Shown here: positions 36,008 through 42,061 of the stretch, in pieces
Layout: each line of letters opens with the position of its first letter
Position numbering within the stretch: the stretch's first letter is position 1
NCBI GenBank assembly: GCA_021848065.1
Contig: JAJZNA010000032.1
Location: forward strand, 35,389 to 99,388
Source of the DNA: Candidatus Micrarchaeota archaeon
GTDB lineage: Archaea > Micrarchaeota > Micrarchaeia > Micrarchaeales > CABMGC01
Reading direction: 5' to 3'
DNA length: 64,000 bases
The notes under the pieces: model-generated
What the model was told of the DNA's origin: nothing
The model's database searches: none
The model's input: only the letters and a program-made list of their open reading frames with translations
Position numbers and translations under genes: made by a program

Positions 36008-37078
36008 ATGATGTCAGATCAAGACGAACATATAAAAATACTTAAACAAAGATATGCTAAGGGAGAAATAACCAAAAAACAGTACATGGAAATAAAGGAA
36101 GATCTTAAAGAAGAGAAAGAAAGTATTCCATATTCAAAAAGATATAACTCTGGAGGACATGGGCTCAGAAATCTAATCGTATTAATCATAATACTTGGCA
36201 TCATTTTCTTTCTTTATCAGATTGCTCAAGCCGAAGCTTTTAGAAATGTACAAATTACTTTATCAGGCGCATCTATGGGTAATGTCGGTTTAACTAGTGC
36301 AGATTTGAATCTAGATCTGAATTTTTATAATCCCCTATCCATTCCAGCAACTCTATCCAGTATTTCCTATTCCGTGTATGCAAATAATAACTATCTTGGC
36401 AGCGGAAGTATAAATGGACCAATAAGTATAGCCCCACATAATACTGCTACAGAGCCAACTACCGTGACTATCTCCTATCTTGGTGCAGTTCAGAGTGTGT
36501 GGGCTACGTTAACTAGCGGGCAAGTTCAGTTAACTGTAAGTGGCGACGCTGTGATAAACACAATTTTAGGGCCCATAACTATCCCTTTTAATCAATCCAT
36601 TTATTCTTCTAATTCCAGTTTATCTGTAAGCTCTACTAGTTATCCTACAACTCAATCAACACAGTATACTAGCTATTACACGACAAGCATACCAACCACA
36701 ACTGCATATTATGGTTCGCAATGTTTACCCCAATCTGGTTATACTTGCTCCAATCCTTTTCTATCAAGTTATAGCGGAGAGCTAAATGTAACGCTTGGTG
36801 AAAATACTGGAAATAACTGGTATGATGTTGGTTTAGTCTGGGTTCCTTCAGGTACAGATCTTTCCAACGTGCAGAACCTATTCAACTCTCCGACTGCCAG
36901 ATTTTATAATTATATGTATAGTGGTTCCACATATTATTTCTTATTACCTGTTACTGGTCAGGGTGCCGGCCCTGGAACCATTTATAATGGAACAATATGG
37001 GCTCAGTACAGTGTTTCTCCTGGGGGAGGTACTTATTACACCGAAATTGCATCTGCATACCTAACAGCAACTCCTTAA
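36008..37078 (+). CDS. SHOCT-like N-terminal motif + TM + LEA_2/WHy-like domain protein with Ser/Thr/Tyr-rich C-terminus
   Basis: LKQRYAKGEITKKQYMEIKEDL (SHOCT-like), TM helix LIVLIIILGIIFFLY, then LDLNFYNPLSIPATLSSISYSVYANNNYLGSG (LEA_2-like pattern). Confidence 0.45.
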   Translation: MMSDQDEHIKILKQRYAKGEITKKQYMEIKEDLKEEKESIPYSKRYNSGGHGLRNLIVLIIILGIIFFLYQIAQAEAFRNVQITLSGASMGNVGLTSADLNLDLNFYNPLSIPATLSSISYSVYANNNYLGSGSINGPISIAPHNTATEPTTVTISYLGAVQSVWATLTSGQVQLTVSGDAVINTILGPITIPFNQSIYSSNSSLSVSSTSYPTTQSTQYTSYYTTSIPTTTAYYGSQCLPQSGYTCSNPFLSSYSGELNVTLGENTGNNWYDVGLVWVPSGTDLSNVQNLFNSPTARFYNYMYSGSTYYFLLPVTGQGAGPGTIYNGTIWAQYSVSPGGGTYYTEIASAYLTATP

Positions 37079-37160
37079 GAATTTGTGGTAGGCACCTTTC
37101 CCCCAGTAGTTTATTGGTTTGTATTTTATTCAACTTACAAATATTCCATTATAAATTTAC

Positions 37161-37232
37161 GCAAGTTTGCGGCTTTGTTTATAATTACTGTTGATAAAAC
37201 TATTTATAAACATACAAGGCAATTTATAAACA
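37161..37232. repeat. left repeat cluster: GCAAGTTTGCGGCTTTGTTTATAA plus two TTTATAAACA decamers 20 nt apart
   Basis: Decamers at 37203-37212 and 37223-37232, with an inverted copy inside 37176-37184. Confidence 0.6.
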
Positions 37233-37241
37233 GGTGTAAAT

Positions 37242-37466
37242 ATGGTTCTTGAGCAGAATAGAGACGGGCAAATTTGCCCTAATTGCAAGAAAGGCAAACT
37301 ACATCAAATTTCATTCAGGGAACACGTGAAAGACATTGGAGACGCAGGTATCGTAGAAGGAGAATCTGATAGACATTACCGATGTGATTACTGTAAAGAA
37401 GAAATAAATGATGCTGGTATCGGTAGGGGTTTTGGTGTCGGTGCATCTACAAAGCCTAAGAAATAA
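37242..37466 (+). CDS. zinc-ribbon protein, 74 aa
   Basis: CPNC ... CDYC pairs. A TATA (TTTATAAACA) lies about 20 nt upstream of the ATG. The 3' end overlaps the transposase stop by 11 nt. Confidence 0.5.
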   Translation: MVLEQNRDGQICPNCKKGKLHQISFREHVKDIGDAGIVEGESDRHYRCDYCKEEINDAGIGRGFGVGASTKPKK

Positions 37467-37935
37467 ATTCTGTTTTTACCCCTAACTCGTTCACCGCAGA
37501 GTTAAGCACAACTATATTGTGGCAGAGTATCTTTAGGAGCAATTCGTTTATCTGTGCTGTCCTTGTCTTGCTCTTTAGCATATCGTTGAACTTAGCCTTT
37601 ACCATGAAGAAGGTTGTCTCTACGTTAGACCTCTTGTGGTAATGCTCCATAAACTCCTCTCGGCACATCTGAAAGTAGTAGAACATCTTGTTCCATACCC
37701 TACCACCCCTGCTATGCTGTGAGCTATTTGCCTTGAACGGCACATAGGCTATTGCTCCCATCTCCGCAACTGCGTCAAGATTGTCTCTTGATAGGTATGC
37801 CTTGTCTCCGCTTACCTCTCTTATAGTAAATCCTGCGTCCTTAGTAGCCTTGACAAGAGGTATGAACTGCGGACTATCACCACCCATATTGACCTCAACT
37901 GCGGTAATCACATTAGTCTTGACGCCAGTTATCAC
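37456..37935 (-). CDS. transposase C-terminal DDE fragment
   Basis: Contains TGVKTNVITAVEV..., SGDKAYLS and YHKRSNVETTFFMVKAKF. Its frame continues upstream as EYCREKHNTKQQHEWLKVHV until a TGA. Confidence 0.6.
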   Translation of the reverse strand: MITGVKTNVITAVEVNMGGDSPQFIPLVKATKDAGFTIREVSGDKAYLSRDNLDAVAEMGAIAYVPFKANSSQHSRGGRVWNKMFYYFQMCREEFMEHYHKRSNVETTFFMVKAKFNDMLKSKTRTAQINELLLKILCHNIVVLNSAVNELGVKTEFIS

Positions 37936-37943
37936 ATGAACCT

Positions 37944-38636
37944 TTAGCCATTCGTGCTGTTGCTTTGTATTGTGCTTCTCTCTGCAATACTCTCATCTAC
38001 CGCAAAATCAATCTCTACGCTCCGCGGGGCAAGAGAGGACTGGGTAACAAGTTCGCTAAGAATAGGCGTTATATCCTCTCGTTCCATGAACTTGCCAACA
38101 AGCGAGTAGCAAGGCACGTTATTGACATATCCCTTGTCCTTCGCAACTCTAAGGTCGGTCATAAATCGCCTTAGACTGAACTGGCTAAAGACCTTGAGAG
38201 TAGAAGCAAATAAGAGGTCTCTTACTGGCATCTGCGGTCTGCCCCTGCCTTCTCTGTGGTTCTCTGGGACGTTCTCAATAAGTCCCTGCAATAGCTCCAT
38301 GAAGCGTTCCTTCTCTGTTATCTGGCTAAGGTTGTATGCGCTCCAATTCTGGGGTATCTGTATCTTCTTGACCTGCGTTATAGTAGTAGAGCCGTCAGGG
38401 TTTCTTTGTTTAGTTATCATGAACTCTACGCTGAATATGTGCTTGCACTTCATACCACGTTCTACATAATCAGGGCAGGTGCATCCTGAGTTGCCTATAC
38501 CTAAGACCACTTCATAGGTCTTACTGCAACTCTGCGAAGGCACTATCCACGTATTGCCGTGAAGCCTTACGTTCCCCTTCTCTACTATCGCCTTATCCTT
38601 TTGCTTTCGGACTTGTAGTTGTTCTCGTGTCTGCAT
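37944..38636 (-). CDS. transposase N-terminal fragment with SWIM zinc finger
   Basis: CTCPDYVERGMKCKHIF fits CxCx(n)CxH. The ORF ends ...DFAVDESIAERSTIQSNSTNG*. Confidence 0.6.
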   Translation of the reverse strand: MQTREQLQVRKQKDKAIVEKGNVRLHGNTWIVPSQSCSKTYEVVLGIGNSGCTCPDYVERGMKCKHIFSVEFMITKQRNPDGSTTITQVKKIQIPQNWSAYNLSQITEKERFMELLQGLIENVPENHREGRGRPQMPVRDLLFASTLKVFSQFSLRRFMTDLRVAKDKGYVNNVPCYSLVGKFMEREDITPILSELVTQSSLAPRSVEIDFAVDESIAERSTIQSNSTNG

Positions 38637-38737
38637 CCAATCACTTACTTATTGATATATTACTATTAAGTATATACCAATATAAATACCTTGTGGTATA
38701 ATACCACTATTTATATACTTTATTGTTGATATACTAC

Positions 38738-38929
38738 TATGGCGATTGTACTATTAAAAGGTTTCAAATGCGAAAGATGTGGGCATGAGTGGATTCCGAG
38801 AGACCCAGAGGTTCCACGTGTTTGCCCTCGGTGCAAAAGCCCATATTGGAACGTACCTCGAAAGCAGAAAGGAAAGGAAGGGCAGGCAAAAGGCGCAAAG
38901 AAACAGTAGTCTTTATATACTTTAACTGA
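38738..38929 (+). CDS. small zinc-ribbon protein (about 63 aa)
   Basis: Hand translation gives MAIVLLKGFKCERCGHEWIPRDPEVPRVCPRCKSPYWNVPRKQKGKEGAGKRRKETVVFIYFN. It is not in the supplied ORF track, so the coordinates should be rechecked. Confidence 0.45.
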
Positions 38930-38967
38930 GCCTACTCATAGACTGAGGCTAAAGACTCAGCCAATAG

Positions 38968-39501
38968 ATGAGGCTTATGCCTGAACTCAATACAGATGTT
39001 TTGAACAAACTTTCATTGGAGGAGATAAAACTCTTACCGACGGAAGAACGGAGCAGATACTATGAGCGATACATATTCGAGTTAGTGAAGACTCATGAGC
39101 GGGTCGGCATGACACAGAAGGAAATCGAGGGCTTGACAGGTATTGCAGGGAATACTGTGTCAAAGTATCTCGAAGTACTCTTCTCGAAGAGAAACGTTTA
39201 CAGGGTTAAGCGCGGGAACAATGTCACGTACTTCCCAAATGGGAAGATGCTCCATCCATTAGTGGATAGGGACGTGGTAGTTTATGATAGGGAGGGTGAG
39301 GAGCACAGGTATAGAGCATATGCAGTAGACAACCCTGATGGGAAGTTCCTATATCTGCAAGAAAAGGAGATAGACCGAAGGTCTGGAATGGAAAATATAG
39401 TCGGAGGAATCCTTATCCCGCAGGAGGGAATAGCAAAGTTCAAGGCGTTGTTCGTAGAATTTGACAGCGCATTCAAGGAATTAATATTGGAAGAGGATTG
39501 A
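38968..39501 (+). CDS. winged-helix DNA-binding protein
   Basis: VGMTQKEIEGLTGIAGNTVSKYLEVLFSKRNVYRVKRGNNVTYF has an HTH plus wing pattern. Confidence 0.5.
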   Translation: MRLMPELNTDVLNKLSLEEIKLLPTEERSRYYERYIFELVKTHERVGMTQKEIEGLTGIAGNTVSKYLEVLFSKRNVYRVKRGNNVTYFPNGKMLHPLVDRDVVVYDREGEEHRYRAYAVDNPDGKFLYLQEKEIDRRSGMENIVGGILIPQEGIAKFKALFVEFDSAFKELILEED

Positions 39502-39505
39502 AAAA

Positions 39506-40819
39506 ATGTTATCGACAATAGTGTATAAGGTAGTTGGCAGAGATGCGCAGACAAATGCGAAGGTAGTGGAGTTACAGAATCCAGTCACAGGTAAGAGTGC
39601 TGTGCTCACAGGTGCGTTCTTCGACTTGAGAAGTAACGAGGACTTCAAATTTATGCGCCAAATGTTCACGCAGACCGGTTACAAGATAGAGAACATAAGG
39701 GGAGTGCAGATACCTTTCCATTATCTGCCAAAGTACGCATCAAGAATGCTCGGCGTGTTGCCAAGCAACTGCTTTATGCTCAGCGACCTATGTACAGAAG
39801 TCATATACTTTGGCGGCGTGTCCGACGCAAAGAAGGACTTCTACTATACTGCTAACCTGTTCCCCGATGTGGTCAAGGAGAAGATGAGGAAGATTCAGGA
39901 GGCCGACAATTATGTGAAGAAGGGCGTATTGCATAAGCAAACATGGCAAGATATAACCTCCGATAAGAAGCTCCTTATAAAACTTATTACTAACTTCGTA
40001 CGCGAGCAGATGCACTTCAGGAACGATTTCATATCAGTACCATCTCCGCTGATTCTGGATACTGCTCACCTTGACTTCGTTGAGGCGTGTTATCAGATGG
40101 CACTAAACACATACAGCAGTCCTATGCTCGACATAGAGAAGGAGCAGGGAAGGATACTGGCGCTGTATCTAAACATACATAAGAACTTCCTGTTGAAGGA
40201 GAGCAATGTACGCGAACTCCTTGCCACGGTCAAGCGATTGGCGCCCAAGGCTATAATCTATAAGATATCTGGCCTTGATGACATAAGAAGCTCGCCAAAA
40301 CTTGTTGATGGTTGGGTAGCCCTAACGGGTGGACTTGGACTTATATCGAATGAGGACGCAGTACCAACGATATACATGGATACCTCTGTTGAGGGTCTAA
40401 TCGCTATGGGTTATGGCGTAGATAGCATAACGCAGACCTTCTATAAAATAGATAATATTGAGAAGAAATTTACGCTCTCGCGCGATGTTATGAGAAAGCT
40501 TTGGCGGGACAGTCACGGGACGCTGAGTGCTGGAAGAATATCTCTATATGATGATAAGGAGGCCATAAGCCGTCTGGACTTCGAGACGTTGTTACAACAC
40601 TCTCCGCCCCCTATACCAATGCCAGAGATAGAACCTTTGACGTATGACTATGTTCATGCAATGAGCAATTCATCGTTCAGAGACCTTGCTAAGCGCGTCC
40701 TTCTCTTCGAGAGGGAGATGGAGATAAGGGAACTAAAGGAAGCCATAATGAAGGGTGAGATAAGGCTTATGAAGGGGAAGTTCAAGAGATGGATGAAGAC
40801 AATAGATTTATTCCCTTAG
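39506..40819 (+). CDS. orphan 437-aa protein, function unknown
   Basis: Long clean ORF starting 4 nt after the wHTH gene. I recognise no motif. Confidence 0.55.
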   Translation: MLSTIVYKVVGRDAQTNAKVVELQNPVTGKSAVLTGAFFDLRSNEDFKFMRQMFTQTGYKIENIRGVQIPFHYLPKYASRMLGVLPSNCFMLSDLCTEVIYFGGVSDAKKDFYYTANLFPDVVKEKMRKIQEADNYVKKGVLHKQTWQDITSDKKLLIKLITNFVREQMHFRNDFISVPSPLILDTAHLDFVEACYQMALNTYSSPMLDIEKEQGRILALYLNIHKNFLLKESNVRELLATVKRLAPKAIIYKISGLDDIRSSPKLVDGWVALTGGLGLISNEDAVPTIYMDTSVEGLIAMGYGVDSITQTFYKIDNIEKKFTLSRDVMRKLWRDSHGTLSAGRISLYDDKEAISRLDFETLLQHSPPPIPMPEIEPLTYDYVHAMSNSSFRDLAKRVLLFEREMEIRELKEAIMKGEIRLMKGKFKRWMKTIDLFP

Positions 40820-40830
40820 ATGGCTATAAT

Positions 40831-40913
40831 GGCGTAAGACACCGAATCGGAAAACGGGCAGCTTTGCAAGCTGCTGCCTTAGTAGCTTAATGGGTTCGAC
40901 TCCTATTTACGAT
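40831..40913 (+). other. tRNA-like fragment (anticodon-arm-like and T-arm-like hairpins), not a canonical tRNA
   Basis: Stem GCAGC/GCTGC with 7-nt loop TTTGCAA (UGC in the anticodon position), and ATGGG-TTCGACT-CCTAT as a T-arm-like hairpin. A 17-nt spacer and a poor D arm and acceptor stem prevent a normal cloverleaf. Confidence 0.3.
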
Positions 40914-40934
40914 TATATCTATTAAAGTGATTTT

Positions 40935-41105
40935 ATGCCCTCAGATGATGACATTGTAAAAGCAGGTCTTGTAATAGGGGCCATAATATTGGGCGCAGGT
41001 ATTATTGATGCTCTTTCTAAGAAAACCTGTCCTGTATGCAAGAATAGGATTGATAATAATGCAAAGGTGTGCCCACATTGTGGCACGAGGTTTGACGGCA
41101 TATGA
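40935..41105 (+). CDS. small TM + zinc-ribbon protein, 56 aa
   Basis: Hand translation gives MPSDDDIVKAGLVIGAIILGAGIIDALSKKTCPVCKNRIDNNAKVCPHCGTRFDGI. Its stop overlaps the next start (ATATGA). Confidence 0.45.
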   Translation: MPSDDDIVKAGLVIGAIILGAGIIDALSKKTCPVCKNRIDNNAKVCPHCGTRFDGI

Positions 41106-41344
41106 GCAAATCAAAAACCCTCGTCAAGAGGTTGCCTTATTCGTCTAATAATGCCAGAATACTTGCATTTCTATCTTACTTTGCAGCTTTTATGGTAGTA
41201 GCTATATTTGCAGACTTTCTACTTACTCAGAGCTTCTACTCCTTTGCCTTAGTTGTTATAGTAATAGCAATAATTCTATTCAACTTATATGATGGCATGA
41301 AGAAGTTATCATTCGGGAAGAATGGCGTGGACATAGAAAAGTAG
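41102..41344 (+). CDS. small membrane protein, 80 aa
   Basis: Two hydrophobic helices. Translationally coupled to the preceding mini-ORF. Confidence 0.45.
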   Translation: MSKSKTLVKRLPYSSNNARILAFLSYFAAFMVVAIFADFLLTQSFYSFALVVIVIAIILFNLYDGMKKLSFGKNGVDIEK

Positions 41345-41348
41345 TCAT

Positions 41349-41410
41349 TTTATAAACAGAATCCTGAATTTATAAACAAAAGGCATTTTGTAAACAAAGC
41401 CCAAGTTTGC
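41349..41410. repeat. right repeat cluster: two TTTATAAACA decamers 20 nt apart, a TTTGTAAACA variant, then AAAGCCCAAGTTTGC (inverted partner of the left cluster)
   Basis: Decamers at 41349-41358 and 41369-41378, variant at 41387-41396. The reverse complement of 41388-41410 aligns with 37161-37184 at about 20 of 23-24 positions, counted by eye. Confidence 0.6.
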
Positions 41411-41528
41411 CAATTCGATTCAAATCCTTACCAGAGCATAATGTGTGAGGGTTATATCCAACTCGTCCGAATGTCTCACTCTCTAACATGGTTTTAGCAT
41501 GGAGAGAGACTAGAAATTTGGTGGTAGA

Positions 41529-42053
41529 TTAGGATTTGGTGATTGTGATAGGTATACTACCACAAATTTTATTGCTTATCCCTATAATTTTAATGCAAAC
41601 ATTCATAGATGTATTCATATTGGTAGTAGTTCTATTGACACTAAATCCACTACACTGAAATGAAGTTATATTTTTTGAAAATAGGGGGCTTGTTTGTGCA
41701 TGAAAATTAGGACTAACTTCAACATTATAAATGGGGCTTGTTACTATCTGTGTCGAATTTGTTCTTTGAATCGGAGTTGGATAAATTAGATTAGTGCTAA
41801 ATTCACATGTGCTTTGGGAGAAATTTATTGAATATTCTTGATTAGATGGATTCATTACATAAAATGGAAACGCTAAATTTGATGAATTGCTAGGGGTTTG
41901 AAGTCCTTGAGTAATAATATAAGGTAATGACGCTTCAAATAACTGACTTTGTAGGGCGTAATTTTGCCAAGCATAATAAGCTGCAACTATTACCGCTAAA
42001 ATTGCTATACTAGTGGTTATAACCCATTTTTTATCCTTATACCATTTATCCAT
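41529..42053 (-). CDS. membrane-anchored protein of unknown function (last gene of the island operon)
   Basis: N-terminal TM helix WVITTSIAILAVIVAAYYAW, then an Asn/Ser/Thr-rich presumably extracellular region. Starts 8 nt after the RM gene stop. Confidence 0.5.
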   Translation of the reverse strand: MDKWYKDKKWVITTSIAILAVIVAAYYAWQNYALQSQLFEASLPYIITQGLQTPSNSSNLAFPFYVMNPSNQEYSINFSQSTCEFSTNLIYPTPIQRTNSTQIVTSPIYNVEVSPNFHAQTSPLFSKNITSFQCSGFSVNRTTTNMNTSMNVCIKIIGISNKICGSIPITITKS

Positions 42054-42061
42054 AATGTCAT

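Larger units (their letters stand above)
37456..38636 (-). mobile_element. IS4/IS5-superfamily transposase gene (SWIM zinc finger + DDE), disrupted; no terminal inverted repeats found
   Basis: Two ORFs in different frames (see the two ORF entries covering this interval). The Y-(2)-R-(3)-E-(6)-K signature YHKRSNVETTFFMVK is present. Confidence 0.65.

Noticed and set aside
37400-38740. Terminal inverted repeats delimiting a complete IS around the transposase.
   Set aside because: Comparing the reverse complement of 38637-38700 with 37400-37470 by eye gave no match. The transposase 3' end also overlaps a neighbouring gene.
40831-40913. A functional tRNA-Ala(UGC) gene.
   Set aside because: The anticodon-like and T-arm-like hairpins are present. 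However, the variable region would be 17 nt, the D arm is weak and the acceptor stem has mismatches. I could not build a canonical cloverleaf by hand, so it is kept only as a tRNA-like fragment.
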